A stretch of DNA of 64,000 nucleotides from a virus: positions 1-64,000 of the IMG/VR virus record IMGVR_UViG_3300007513_000984; one strand, written 5' to 3'. Below the pieces are notes generated by a model. It worked only from the letters and a program-made list of their open reading frames with translations. It did not search any database and had not been told where the DNA came from. The position numbers and the translations under genes are program-made. Within the stretch, counting starts at the first letter, position 1; the number at the start of each line of letters is the position of its first letter. Of the stretch, positions 31,101 through 41,790 are shown in pieces.

Positions 31101-34100
31101 CCTGTGACAACTTCAGCAGTAACACCTAAAATAGCCATTGCGTTTATCTGTTGAACAACACTTGTCTGTGTTGGATTAGAATTAGAAAGATAAGTTCCTG
31201 CTGTTATTCCTAATTCACTTAATGCTGTTCCAGAAATAATCATTTGACTTCCTGAACTTGCTATAGTCATACGATTGTTTGTATCAACTGTAGCAGTAAT
31301 ATCAGTTATTGTAGTTAAGTCTGTTGCTAAGTTATCTAGTTTTGAATCTGTATATGAATTAGTAGTTGAAAGTCCTAAATCAATCAATGAACCACCTGTC
31401 ATGGTTAGTTGCGGAACTGATGTTGTCAGAACCAATTGATTTGATGATTGTGATGCTACTACTTCACTTGTTCCTGTGTTAATCGCAATTATAATTGCGG
31501 CTAAATCATCTGCATTATTTAATGTAATTGTATCACCATTAATTGTTAGTGGCTTCGTAGATGTCATCACTGGTGATGTAACTGTGCCTGTGACTGTTAA
31601 ATCTGCAACTGTCTTTGTAGTACCATCGATAACAACAGTGTTTCCTGTCGTTAATGTTGAACTTCTTGTTGCTGTTGTAGTTTGTGATATACTATCAGTT
31701 GAACTATAATCAACAGTCAATGATGTACCGTCAATTGTTATTTCGTCACCTTGATTTGAACTAAATGCGCCTGTTGTTTTTGCAACAGTTCCAGAGAATG
31801 TGACTGTTGTGTTTGTGCCGTTTTCAACTAGACCAGCATCATTATAAACAACAAATCTTGCTTGTTCACCTTCAGATATAATTGGGTTTACAACTGTTCC
31901 TAGTATTGTTATTCCAGTACTAGTAGTTCCAGACGGTGCGTAAGTAAACGTGTCACCATCGATTGAAATCGAATCGCCACTAGAAAACACTGGATTACTT
32001 ACTGAGCCTATTGCTTCAACACCAGAATCTGCATTAGTTGGTACAAATACACTGTTAGTAGTTGTTGAATCTATCTCAATAATTAGAGGTTCAAAATCTT
32101 CTTCAAATACTAGATACTCATGTACTGTTGTTCCATTTACTGTTTTTGTTCCGTTAGCAGATAGAAGATAATATCCACCTATTGTTGGACTTATCTCGTC
32201 AGCAGAGATTTTTAAATAAATTGGCTTATTAGTAAATTCATCAGCAATTGCATTTGCAGTTCCAACATACAATTGATTGTCTGATGTTTCTCCTACATAA
32301 CTTATTTCTGCTACTTCACTTAATCGTACAACATCCCAATCTCTATCTGTGTCTGCTTGTATCCAAGAAATATCTCCCTCGTACAATGTGCTATCTGTTA
32401 GATTAACTAGTGAATCATGAGTCGAAGTGACATAGTTTACATCTGCTTCGTCCACATATCCTGTTGTTTTTAATGCTATGTTCTTTTTATCAGAAACTTC
32501 TAAAAGTTGTTTAGTTGGGTCTGCATAATCTATTAGATATGGGTCTTTAATCATATCAGATACCGTAATATCCTTTGTCATTGTAAACTTATTAGACTCG
32601 TGACCATAGTCACTTAGTTTAACTGCCCAAACATCAGCATGTGTGATATTCTTAAAGTTACTATTGTTATTAACAATCTTGTCAATACTAGAGTTAGTTC
32701 CTTTATGAGATAAAAATCCTTTATAAAATTCTAATTGTGATTCTCTTTCAACACCATGATTTGTTAGATATGCTCTTGTAGTATATCCATAATGATTTGA
32801 TTTTAACTTATTAATAACTGAAAGACCTTGGTCAACAAGAGTATCTCTATAATAACGTGTGTCTTCAATCATTGTATCGAAGTTTGGTATTAATTGATTA
32901 TCGTTAACGATGTAACCATCTACTGCCATAGTTCCATCCCAATCAATAGTTCTATTACAGTCTATTTGCATTCTAAGATTTCTAGTATGTGTATGTGGGT
33001 CGTATATGATATCTCCATAACTGTCAGTTCTGTCAACGACAAATGCATGTTCAATATCTCTGATATCCATTTTCATTCCGTAAATAGGAACAGTGCTTTT
33101 GAATATTAATTTAGAGCCGTCTGTACGAAAACTAAGTTCAGAATTTGGTATAAGTCTACCTGCTGAATCTATTACACGATAATAATTTTTAAATGTTTCA
33201 GTAGTCGCACTTGCAACACCATAGGTTGCATCGAAACTACCACCTGTTAATAGTGGAGTAAGAGTGATAAAATCACCAATCTCGTGTATTTCTGATTGCC
33301 ATTCTAGGAACTTATATAATAGATTTTCCCAATCTATCACATCACCAAATTCACCAGAATCTGTGAATTCCCATCCTACTAATTTAAGATAATGTTGATA
33401 ACCTAATATCAAGTGAGCAACATCGTCTACTGATTCTAAAATGTCACCGTAGTTATAATTCTTTACTGTGTCATCTACTAATTCTTTATATCCAACTGCC
33501 TGAACTTTATTAACTCTAGGCCATTCTGTTACTGACTTCCAATCTTTAATGTTATCATCAAATATTGAAGTAGATGTATGATTTGTAAGACAAACATACG
33601 GAGTATCATTCCACAATATATATGAATCCATTCTATAGTATTCACCAGGTTGCCACTGTTGTAGTGTAAGTTTGTCACCTGATGTTGAGAATGCTTTTTC
33701 TCCACTTGCTTTGTCCCATCCCATTGAATAGAATGTAGGATTAATCTCATCATATCCGTGTACTCTAAAACCAAACTTATTGGTTTTGGGTTGTGATACT
33801 AATGTCCAGCCACTATAGTCAAAGAATGTTCCACTAGGAGGTGATTGCTCGTTTGTTGTTAATGATGATACTTTTCTTTTATAATATTTGCCATCATTCA
33901 AGTTCAGAACAATATCGCCCTTTATGTAAGTTGATATATCTGCAAAAGAATATGTTGGATGTTTAACGTCTAGTGATACTTTTTCTAATACAATAGCACT
34001 AAAGAATTCACTTCTATTTGGTACACCAGCATGAACAAACAAATCAAAGTTGTCTTCTGGCAGTTCAGTAAATCTACTATTTGATAATGAGTTGTTTTCT

Positions 34101-37054
34101 GTTTGTAATTTAAAGTTATTAACAAAGCCACCTAGTTTTGAACCCAACTTAAATGAATAATTGTCTTTGTCTGCGATTACTAAATCAGTATCAATGTCTT
34201 CATTTTTATTTGAGTATTCTATAATGTTTTTCATCTCAGTACGATAATCGTACATAACTTGAAATGGTTTTGTTAATAACATTAATATAAATTCAGCAAA
34301 AGCAAATTCACTACTTCTTGTCCATGCAAGTTCAACTGGAGAGTTATCTCCATATTCCCATACTTGGTCCATCAACGCAATCTCGGCCGAAGTTATTGAG
34401 TTACCGAAAAATAAAGAATTAGGAGTTTTTAAATTTCCTAAAGCATCAACTGGATTAGGAATAGTTAATGATTCTTGATTTATAAGATTATCCCACCAAT
34501 CTGATGACGTGTAACCTAATGTACCATATTTTGTATCGAAACCTGCAGGCTTTTGTGAATATTTTAGTACTTTCCATGGCTCTTGTGTTGGTCTATCTGT
34601 GCCATACGTGTGTATTAATTGTCCTCTCCAATAACCACTTGTGTTCTCGTCTTTTGCTCTGTAATTCCAAGTCTTATAATCATTTGCATCAAAATCATCA
34701 TTGTTTAGATTGTCAATGTTATTACGCATCATCCATTTCTTAAAGAACGGATACATAATATATTTCTTTTCGGCATTCGTATAATCACTGGAAGCACTAT
34801 CGTATATTCCATAATTCATGCTATCAACTTTAGAACTTGTATTGTCTGTTAAATTATTAAATATTAAAGTTTCAAATGCAAGGAGTATATTGTCAACTCT
34901 TGTTCCATATGCTGGAATTAATGAGCCATCGTGGCCTCTAATAAAGTTTACTGAACTACTGTAATTCGCATCTGTGATTGATTGTGGTTGATATGCTGGA
35001 GCAATATCCAACTTAGTTGCACTTGGTGGTATATAAGTTTCTTTTATGTTACTATAATGTCTAACAGTTATTACATCACCTGTTGACCTCGCTGTTGTAA
35101 AGTTTATTTCTGTTGCACCAGAAGATAATGTATAATCTACATTTAATCTTTGAACAACATTGTCTAAAATAACAGTTATGTCCTTATCATTTAATATTGA
35201 GTTAGTAAACGTTGGCATAACTTGTTCAGTTGCGCCATCAATAACAGAGACAGCAAGTGACTGATAGTGGGCATTTGCTTCACCAAAGTTCACCATATTA
35301 CTGTCTCTAAAGATACTTACACTCTTATGTTTTCCAAGAGAAATAGTAGTAATTGCTTCTTCTAGTATCTCTAAATCTGTCTTGCTTTCACTTGAAGTTG
35401 AATCTATAATAGATTGAACTGTTGTGAGTAATTTATTTTTATAACCATTATATGCACCTGATAAGAATTCGGTTGCTTTAATTGGATTATAATCTTCTCG
35501 TGTTAATGCAAAGTATGCCTCTTTAATATCTATTGAGTTTCTAATAAGAACACTACCTTTATCAGCAAATCTTAATTTAGCATCATTGGCATCACTTCCA
35601 ACACTAGTCGTTCTATAATTGTTGGCCGCATTTGCACTTCCTGTTAAACCCGATACAGTTTCAATTATACGAACACAGTGTTCATAAACAAGAGAATATG
35701 GCATTTCTGTATTATAATATGTTGTGTTATCTACATTATATTCTAATGATGGATTAAGTCTTTGAAACACTGTTTGTCCATCAAAAACTACTGGAGTATC
35801 AGTACAGTAATCTACATATATGTTTCCAGAAACTGCTTCTGTTAATATGATTTTCTTTGTAGTAGTGTTGTATACATAATTTCCTATTTGCTTATCACCA
35901 TCTACATATAAATCTATTCCGTTTGCGTTCTTTGGTGATTGAAGTAGTTCGATTTCTGAAATTGATATTTTATCACCTATTTCTTGTCTTAGATTTCGAT
36001 AGTCAAATGTTGAAGTTATCATCAACTTTTTATAATCTGTATTATATTTGTATGCTGATGATTCATCTAAGTCAATATTAAATACAAATTCACTCTGGTA
36101 GTCGCCTGCTTTTAGTTTAGGTTTAAATCCTAATTCTGTGTCTGTTGTATAATTAGCACCAATTACGTAATGAAATATGTTTATATCTTTTACATATGTG
36201 TTATCTGAATTGTATGATTTGAATGTTGGTATTTCTCCTTCTTTAGCCCATGCAGTACCAGTTCCAACAGGACCAGGTATTACTGCTGTAAATGTATCGC
36301 CAACTGCGTAAGTAGGCAATGGATTAATTGAATGGGTTCCTGCTATACTATTCCATTCGTTGTTCGTTGTTGTTCCGAGAGATGATATTATATATTCTGT
36401 ACCAACTACAAATGCTCCTGCAGTTACATCTACACCAACTGCGACTGCCTTATCACTCAACTCAATATCTTTGTCGAATTCAATAATTGGTCTTAGTGCT
36501 TGTGATATTTTTGTAAAGTTTGAATCTGTAATTAGTGATTTGATATCATCATAATGATACCAAGAGTTATTACTTCCCCACCATGAACCTACACCTTTGT
36601 CTATTGTGACATAATGTTTGTTGATTGAGCCAGTAATTGAAGCATCAAATCCAGGAGATACCCAATAGTACATACTGAAGTTAACAAATTTGTCTAAGTC
36701 TATTGGTAGAGAAACAGTGTCTAAAGTACTTTTAAATAATCGTCTATGGTCATTTGTTAATGCACCTTTATTATAAGTCGCATTCAGTAGGTCGTCATAG
36801 TATATGCTGTCAGTTGCATCTCTGTTTGTGAATGTTGGTTCTAAACCGTAATTATCTCTTGCATATGATTCTGATGGAAAAGAAAGATATATATCACTAG
36901 TTTTGTATATTCCTTTTTCTTTTCTACCAACAAACGCTTTTGTTTTCTCCATCTCACCAGAAGAGAAGGCGCGGTCAAGTGTTGTGTCAAATATTGTTTC
37001 TAACTCGCTATTCTTCAGGTGCCCTGGTAAAAAGTCATAAATCTTCTTTGCCAT
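28139..37054 (-). CDS. Giant (2971 aa) baseplate wedge/virion structural protein
   Basis: Directly follows gp6; beta-rich with an internal Thr/Ser-rich repeat region; C-terminal YVREAKPYHAKIRE. Confidence 0.7.
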   Translation of the reverse strand: MAKKIYDFLPGHLKNSELETIFDTTLDRAFSSGEMEKTKAFVGRKEKGIYKTSDIYLSFPSESYARDNYGLEPTFTNRDATDSIYYDDLLNATYNKGALTNDHRRLFKSTLDTVSLPIDLDKFVNFSMYYWVSPGFDASITGSINKHYVTIDKGVGSWWGSNNSWYHYDDIKSLITDSNFTKISQALRPIIEFDKDIELSDKAVAVGVDVTAGAFVVGTEYIISSLGTTTNNEWNSIAGTHSINPLPTYAVGDTFTAVIPGPVGTGTAWAKEGEIPTFKSYNSDNTYVKDINIFHYVIGANYTTDTELGFKPKLKAGDYQSEFVFNIDLDESSAYKYNTDYKKLMITSTFDYRNLRQEIGDKISISEIELLQSPKNANGIDLYVDGDKQIGNYVYNTTTKKIILTEAVSGNIYVDYCTDTPVVFDGQTVFQRLNPSLEYNVDNTTYYNTEMPYSLVYEHCVRIIETVSGLTGSANAANNYRTTSVGSDANDAKLRFADKGSVLIRNSIDIKEAYFALTREDYNPIKATEFLSGAYNGYKNKLLTTVQSIIDSTSSESKTDLEILEEAITTISLGKHKSVSIFRDSNMVNFGEANAHYQSLAVSVIDGATEQVMPTFTNSILNDKDITVILDNVVQRLNVDYTLSSGATEINFTTARSTGDVITVRHYSNIKETYIPPSATKLDIAPAYQPQSITDANYSSSVNFIRGHDGSLIPAYGTRVDNILLAFETLIFNNLTDNTSSKVDSMNYGIYDSASSDYTNAEKKYIMYPFFKKWMMRNNIDNLNNDDFDANDYKTWNYRAKDENTSGYWRGQLIHTYGTDRPTQEPWKVLKYSQKPAGFDTKYGTLGYTSSDWWDNLINQESLTIPNPVDALGNLKTPNSLFFGNSITSAEIALMDQVWEYGDNSPVELAWTRSSEFAFAEFILMLLTKPFQVMYDYRTEMKNIIEYSNKNEDIDTDLVIADKDNYSFKLGSKLGGFVNNFKLQTENNSLSNSRFTELPEDNFDLFVHAGVPNRSEFFSAIVLEKVSLDVKHPTYSFADISTYIKGDIVLNLNDGKYYKRKVSSLTTNEQSPPSGTFFDYSGWTLVSQPKTNKFGFRVHGYDEINPTFYSMGWDKASGEKAFSTSGDKLTLQQWQPGEYYRMDSYILWNDTPYVCLTNHTSTSIFDDNIKDWKSVTEWPRVNKVQAVGYKELVDDTVKNYNYGDILESVDDVAHLILGYQHYLKLVGWEFTDSGEFGDVIDWENLLYKFLEWQSEIHEIGDFITLTPLLTGGSFDATYGVASATTETFKNYYRVIDSAGRLIPNSELSFRTDGSKLIFKSTVPIYGMKMDIRDIEHAFVVDRTDSYGDIIYDPHTHTRNLRMQIDCNRTIDWDGTMAVDGYIVNDNQLIPNFDTMIEDTRYYRDTLVDQGLSVINKLKSNHYGYTTRAYLTNHGVERESQLEFYKGFLSHKGTNSSIDKIVNNNSNFKNITHADVWAVKLSDYGHESNKFTMTKDITVSDMIKDPYLIDYADPTKQLLEVSDKKNIALKTTGYVDEADVNYVTSTHDSLVNLTDSTLYEGDISWIQADTDRDWDVVRLSEVAEISYVGETSDNQLYVGTANAIADEFTNKPIYLKISADEISPTIGGYYLLSANGTKTVNGTTVHEYLVFEEDFEPLIIEIDSTTTNSVFVPTNADSGVEAIGSVSNPVFSSGDSISIDGDTFTYAPSGTTSTGITILGTVVNPIISEGEQARFVVYNDAGLVENGTNTTVTFSGTVAKTTGAFSSNQGDEITIDGTSLTVDYSSTDSISQTTTATRSSTLTTGNTVVIDGTTKTVADLTVTGTVTSPVMTSTKPLTINGDTITLNNADDLAAIIIAINTGTSEVVASQSSNQLVLTTSVPQLTMTGGSLIDLGLSTTNSYTDSKLDNLATDLTTITDITATVDTNNRMTIASSGSQMIISGTALSELGITAGTYLSNSNPTQTSVVQQINAMAILGVTAEVVTGTIKISSTNHNLDIVEVTSGAMSRLGFATTTVAIDATDTIVSDLNTQVFSGSTVAATKSDYKVKITSSEKSIVTSNLSGDPLADMGMTAGTYSNTESSSPTALEFASQINTASDIEVGVSSDGRMIFTNDSVQMTFSGTSTAMLTKIGLSLIYSNVTSSANFKAMIWKSMRHTIGVNGATLTEFNTSLGLNSASKLWIDEYDSSGWAVLNYDPVGGFTIHAKQTKVIDTDLTKRLIIQDGEQSTIHQVYDPLNLKLPGTIMSKLDYIMWTDPAKYDTTTSNDIWLDERLDELWWDTDLARFYRYNDYGDANGNLDIDYVRKYWGGIVPSSTIVVKKWTKSRTLPETILTYNTKKYYDDNAGKIVTDYFYWAEDDDTTELKMLIGSGGPKNRFFPVSTSRIVISNNAKTYNSQTVSASLEYQQKPHLVKEHSDWEMLLEDSKSVIPNRFLDDLTNSISNVTILKSYAIELEASHLVDVNFAIATPTDKYGNNFMSGLTTDNIVVTTNSGTVKASYLSIDGNNLKIKKDHTMVVGDVLRVYSVEGTKNNWFTNTSKTHNNFASVINTNMSNKMLQTAYSKYAQYIDTDDILFSLGNWYIDDSYKTINSFSYLSTTREFDMIEQYENGIKSFKLKLPTHDEYYFEHEGKLQLVHRTKSALNVSFDMTTIPETGYTTYYNNAVGIQVHELMNLIRDYPNTSFINDIFFSMIKYLYTEKTYPSWLFKTSYFDLDLHNRELKQYTVYQRDSEEDVLEYVREAKPYHAKIREIKRINSTTDSMTATTTIDEKLALTLDFGNNSRYLDSTLDGGDYATSTPSSFDDIADGEYEQGQFLRNRFTPTAEEGGFDTGLVDSKALETSIVRLQTYTGDITGGIGSETVDKTEFYVYDMYGRGYNIGVKSSGTISSFDGTTLEVNNASLFDTASKNNKKLIAVQKAGTSDVEFMMYNKKASTSLTISNRVLYTGLGHSFANNDLVYVLETPLQLVLQDLV

Positions 37055-37055
37055 G

Positions 37056-40000
37056 TTATTCGCCCACTAATTCAGATTGTGCCAATTGTGTAATTATTTT
37101 TACATCGTTTGATGTTGTCACTGCCATAAACACTTCGTTTAAGGCACATGAGATGCTTAATAAGTTTGTAAATTCATTTGAAGAATATTTTGGTGTAATT
37201 ACTACACTTGAAATATAATCTCCTAGTTCTTTATGTAAGTATGCCGCAAGTTCTGAGAAGTAGAATGTAGCACCGAAGTCCCAGTTATCAATTGCAAAAT
37301 ATTCATTTACTTTTTTAGATACTTCTGTTTTTATTTCACTATCAGTATAACCTACACCTAATCTTTTAATAACTTTAAATATTGCTTGATTCTCGTCTTC
37401 AGCATATGAACCGAACAAGTATTTAAACTCTACTGGAATATAAGCAACGTGGTCAGCGATGGCTGCCTTAGGCTCAATTGTGTCCATTATTTTTGATAAT
37501 TCAAAGTTATTAGGAGCAACTGGCATAGAAGTTGTAAAGTTGTTTGCTATCCATTTTTCTACGTTTCTTACGTAATCTGAAGTTAATACATACATGTCAA
37601 CAATGTTACTTGTACTAGGGTCTATTCGTTTGTCTACATCTGCATAATGTTCCCATCTGAAACTTGCAAAGTTATCTTCAACGAAAGTTATTCCTTCTTT
37701 TACTGAGTAAGTAACTGTGTTATATACTATATCATCACCACCTGCACTTGTATATGTGAAACTTGAATTCCAAACACCACCTATACGTTTATACCATGTA
37801 CTATTTGTTGAGTTAAACCACAATGTAGCAGTTGATGGTACTGATTCATCTGGGACTGTTGGTCCAGAATCTTGTGCGGCCGCTATTGCAACCTTTGATG
37901 CTCTTTCGTATGTTATGTTATTTTCTATATAACTTTCTAATACAATCTTCTGACTAGCAGTAATATCCAGAATACTATATGGATGGTCATCAACATTTGA
38001 TGCGAATAGTTTAACTTTTGTATTATCTTTATAACCAGCACCTGTCAAGTAATCATCATATACATATGATGCCATAGACTTATATATTGCTGTTGTTGTA
38101 TTTGTTTGTGTTGCTAAATCAAATGATGCTTTAACTCTCACTGAGTAATCTGCAATATCAGTTAATGTTGTCGGCGTACCAACAAACACGTCAATTAGGT
38201 CGCCAACTGAAATTGCATATGTCCAGAAAATAACTTTATATGTATTGCCTGAAGTATTTGTAACTGTAGTGTGGGCGGCATCAATAAATGCTCCAGTTTC
38301 CGTTCTAAGTAGTATATTACTAGTTGTAAGTGCAGTTGCACTTGTTATTGAGAATTCTCCATAAGCATACTGTTTGAAATCTATGTCATCGTCAAGTGTG
38401 TTGATTTGGAATGTTGTTTGCCAAGGTAACACAAATGTATATTCTGATATTCCTGATGCATAAGTTACTACCATATCATTTTGTTCTGCGGCATCAGAGT
38501 TGTCTCTAAAAACCCAATTGCTAGTTGCAGAAGCCGTGTTAAAATAATCTAAAGATATTTTTCCTTTAAAGCCAAAAGTAGTAAGGTCACTAGTACTGAT
38601 AGTTGTAAAAGAACTGTCTGCGTTTGCTAAAGTTTTTATATCTCCAGGTTCACCTTCATAATTTATAGTAATATTTGTCAGAGAAGTATTAGTTTCTGAA
38701 GATGCTGTAACTGGACTGTCTAATCCTATAGTACTGGATAAGGACGTTATTGTTGACAAGTCATCAATTCTTAATTGAAGTTTGTCTATGCCGTCTCCTA
38801 AATCTGTAGCATCGCCAATAATTTTACCTGATGCTGACGTTGGCGCAATTATGTGTGATGCTAGTAATGGATATTCTAATCCATCTGGCGATATCAAAGA
38901 ATGAGTATATGCTGTGCCTGAAACTCCAACTGCTGAATTTTCTGCAAACTCATATGATTCTCTTGCTCCAGTGTATTGAAACTCAGCATCAAATTCTGCA
39001 CCAACTGTATTATATACTGATGAGTTCGTTACTGGTGCTTGTCCTACAGTAATTGCGTCACCTGTTGTGGTACCAAAACCAGAACTAGTTCCACCAGTTG
39101 TTAGATAGTTTAGATATATTGCATCTCTCGTTGATAAGTTAGTTTCATTATCAATTACGTCTGTGGTGTTACCATAGAAGAACTTGACTTGGTCTCTACT
39201 TTCAAATGCTATTTTTTTACCTGTGAATGTTGCTACATATTCTGATTCATTGTCTCTAATACCAGAACTGTAGTTAAACACTACATGGCATTCTGTTGGA
39301 GTTCCTGATATCGTATGTAATTGCCATTCCCATAAATTTGTTTCACCTGTTTTTATTGCATATTTTATTGTAAATGTTTCTTCACTAACACTATCGACTT
39401 TAGTTTTTATTGATGTTATTTCTGCTTCTGTAAATTTAGTTCTCAATCCTCTTACTACGTTTACAATAGTTCCATTTTCTTGGATTGCTTTGTTTAGTGT
39501 ATAAGTAGTTCCTGAGACTTCCATAACTTTTGCCCATGTGGTTTTTCCTGATGCTGATAATAATTCAAAAATATCACCTTCATTTACAACGTTTGCAACT
39601 GTTGGTGCTAAAATCTTCATCTGATTACTAGTATCGTATGTATAGTTCCTTGCTAAAGGAACTAAAATACTAACATCTCCTCTATATTTGTGAAAAAAGG
39701 AATTTAAAAAACTTGGATGTTTTATTGCTTTAGTAAGTTCGTTTCTTATAAAGTTATCACTGTTACCTTGTAATTTATTATAACTTAATGGAATCTTTAT
39801 GGTTTCATCTTCGACAAATAATGAGCCGTCTGAACCAGTAACACTTAAGTTTGAGTGATGTCCGAGAACATCATCCATCTCATAAAAACGAGAGTTGCCT
39901 GCAAAAGAAGTATTTACCGATTTAACTTTTCTAACAATATTAGTTCCAAGAGATAATGGATATACGTTATAATCTTGTGCATTGACCATTCTATCTTGTG

Positions 40001-41282
40001 AGTAGTAACTTCTTGGAGCAGTTCTGCGTATACTTCCGTAAGTTTCGCCAGAATAGTTCTCAGTGAAATCTATAGTACTTGTTAGTGTTAAAGTTAATCT
40101 ATATGTTCTGTTGTCACTTCCTGTATATGGAATTGTTATGACTTGATTTGTAATATCATTTGCGTTTACAGTAAAGTTTTCATTGTCTACTGTTCTGTAC
40201 CATGTTCTATATACACCAGTTGCGGCATTACCAAACACACCATCTGGATATTGTAGTTCAATTCCGTTGTTCTCTATTGAGTTGACACTTACAAGGTCTC
40301 CAGAGCCAGTTCGTAAAGCATTATAAATTGCAGTTTCACGTGTATCATTATCTACTTTTACTACACTTGAAGCGTAGTCTCTTTGTGAATCTAGTTTTTG
40401 TATCCATACATCAGAGTTTGATATATTAATATCTCTAATCGATTGTGTTCTGTTTGAGATTGTTGTAGTGTAATTTTCATCTTTAGAATTTAATACTCCA
40501 GCAACTGCAAAGACAAAGAAGCCTGTTCTGTCACTAGCAGAGCCCAGATTATCATTACGATTTATAATTGTAAAATTGTTGCTTAGATTTGGTTCATCTT
40601 CATAAATCGTTGAAGATGCCACATCAATCTTTACACGAACCGCTTCGAAGTCTCTAGTTTTTCCACCTACATTAGGAGAAAATGGATAGTTTATATTTTT
40701 TGAATTTGCATCTTCGTTAATTTCATACAAAGAATGTTCTACATCTGCGATTGTTAATTTAGATGTAGGATTTTGAATTTTGGTAGTTCCAGAGAAAGAA
40801 GAATTTAAGATACTGATAAAGTTTTCATACCAGTCTATATTGTTGCTGTCGTTCCAATTAATAACTTTTCCAGCAAGAGTGACTCCTTCATTGTCTAATA
40901 CATCTTCGGTAGTTGTGACACTTGAAATCTTCATAAAGCCCTTTGCGTTAATTGGGCGTGTCTTATTATATCCTAAAGTTTTAGCCATCTGAAGAATACT
41001 TGCTCTACGTTCAGCAGTATCCATAAAGTTTTCTCTAGTGTTCATGTCTAGTCTAAATGCTAAACTGTGTCCTAGATATGCAACTAAATCTAAAATTGCA
41101 ATGAATTCTGAACTTGCTATAAAGTCATTGAATTTGTCGGGATAGGTCTTTGATGTGTATTCTAGTAAGGCCGCTCTAATCGTATCAAAGTCATATGCCT
41201 TAAGACTAACGTTAGTGAAAGCAGTATAAACTGTTGTCCAACTCTCACTTGCGAATAAATTGTCTGTACGTTCTTGGCTCAT
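37056..41282 (-). CDS. Baseplate wedge subunit, T4 gp6-like (enlarged)
   Basis: YDFDTIR...DFIASSEF...ENFMDTAERRASIL..AKTLGY, DGVFGN and YSQDRMVNAQDY. Confidence 0.88.
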   Translation of the reverse strand: MSQERTDNLFASESWTTVYTAFTNVSLKAYDFDTIRAALLEYTSKTYPDKFNDFIASSEFIAILDLVAYLGHSLAFRLDMNTRENFMDTAERRASILQMAKTLGYNKTRPINAKGFMKISSVTTTEDVLDNEGVTLAGKVINWNDSNNIDWYENFISILNSSFSGTTKIQNPTSKLTIADVEHSLYEINEDANSKNINYPFSPNVGGKTRDFEAVRVKIDVASSTIYEDEPNLSNNFTIINRNDNLGSASDRTGFFVFAVAGVLNSKDENYTTTISNRTQSIRDINISNSDVWIQKLDSQRDYASSVVKVDNDTRETAIYNALRTGSGDLVSVNSIENNGIELQYPDGVFGNAATGVYRTWYRTVDNENFTVNANDITNQVITIPYTGSDNRTYRLTLTLTSTIDFTENYSGETYGSIRRTAPRSYYSQDRMVNAQDYNVYPLSLGTNIVRKVKSVNTSFAGNSRFYEMDDVLGHHSNLSVTGSDGSLFVEDETIKIPLSYNKLQGNSDNFIRNELTKAIKHPSFLNSFFHKYRGDVSILVPLARNYTYDTSNQMKILAPTVANVVNEGDIFELLSASGKTTWAKVMEVSGTTYTLNKAIQENGTIVNVVRGLRTKFTEAEITSIKTKVDSVSEETFTIKYAIKTGETNLWEWQLHTISGTPTECHVVFNYSSGIRDNESEYVATFTGKKIAFESRDQVKFFYGNTTDVIDNETNLSTRDAIYLNYLTTGGTSSGFGTTTGDAITVGQAPVTNSSVYNTVGAEFDAEFQYTGARESYEFAENSAVGVSGTAYTHSLISPDGLEYPLLASHIIAPTSASGKIIGDATDLGDGIDKLQLRIDDLSTITSLSSTIGLDSPVTASSETNTSLTNITINYEGEPGDIKTLANADSSFTTISTSDLTTFGFKGKISLDYFNTASATSNWVFRDNSDAAEQNDMVVTYASGISEYTFVLPWQTTFQINTLDDDIDFKQYAYGEFSITSATALTTSNILLRTETGAFIDAAHTTVTNTSGNTYKVIFWTYAISVGDLIDVFVGTPTTLTDIADYSVRVKASFDLATQTNTTTAIYKSMASYVYDDYLTGAGYKDNTKVKLFASNVDDHPYSILDITASQKIVLESYIENNITYERASKVAIAAAQDSGPTVPDESVPSTATLWFNSTNSTWYKRIGGVWNSSFTYTSAGGDDIVYNTVTYSVKEGITFVEDNFASFRWEHYADVDKRIDPSTSNIVDMYVLTSDYVRNVEKWIANNFTTSMPVAPNNFELSKIMDTIEPKAAIADHVAYIPVEFKYLFGSYAEDENQAIFKVIKRLGVGYTDSEIKTEVSKKVNEYFAIDNWDFGATFYFSELAAYLHKELGDYISSVVITPKYSSNEFTNLLSISCALNEVFMAVTTSNDVKIITQLAQSELVGE

Positions 41283-41295
41283 AATATTCTCTCTG

Positions 41296-41652
41296 TTATT
41301 CTCTTGCTAAGTCTATACTCAACTCTATTGGCTCATTTGATGGCAATATTTTAAGTCGTAACATAGCATTTACTGTGTGGTCCGAGTCAGTAATGTCTAC
41401 GCTAACAAAACTACATCTCGGGTCATCATTTATAATGTCTGTTAAATCTTCTTCAATCAACTCAGTTGTTTCTTCAGTTAGCGGCTCAAACATCATATCG
41501 TGAATAATTGACCCATAAGTAGGCAACATCACTCGTTCGCCTTTTCGGGTCATGATATGATTCATAAGGTCCTCAATCACCAAGTCCTTATCATGCAACT
41601 CGTGATTTATCGCATTTGTATTTTTGGTACTAAAACCTGTGAATAGTGGCAT
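41296..41652 (-). CDS. Baseplate wedge subunit, T4 gp25-like
   Basis: TRKGERVMLPTYGS..HDMMFEP...DPR signature. Confidence 0.9.
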   Translation of the reverse strand: MPLFTGFSTKNTNAINHELHDKDLVIEDLMNHIMTRKGERVMLPTYGSIIHDMMFEPLTEETTELIEEDLTDIINDDPRCSFVSVDITDSDHTVNAMLRLKILPSNEPIELSIDLARE

Positions 41653-41673
41653 AACTTTATTTTCTCTGTAGTT

Positions 41674-41714
41674 TATTTATAAATGTATTTATCTCCTCTT
41701 AATATTCGTAGTTT
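41674..41714 (-). promoter_or_regulatory. Late promoter(s) for the baseplate operon with an upstream AAACTACG element
   Basis: Minus strand reads AAAACTACG-N14-ATAAATA-catt-TATAAATA. Confidence 0.6.
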
Positions 41715-41718
41715 TAGA

Positions 41719-41747
41719 TTGACAAATGGATGCAATTCTGTTATTAT
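41719..41747 (+). promoter_or_regulatory. Sigma70-type promoter for clpP
   Basis: TTGACA-17 bp-TATTAT with an extended TGn. Confidence 0.75.
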
Positions 41748-41790
41748 AGTACTAAATAATACTATTAATTATACTAAAGGATAATAATTT

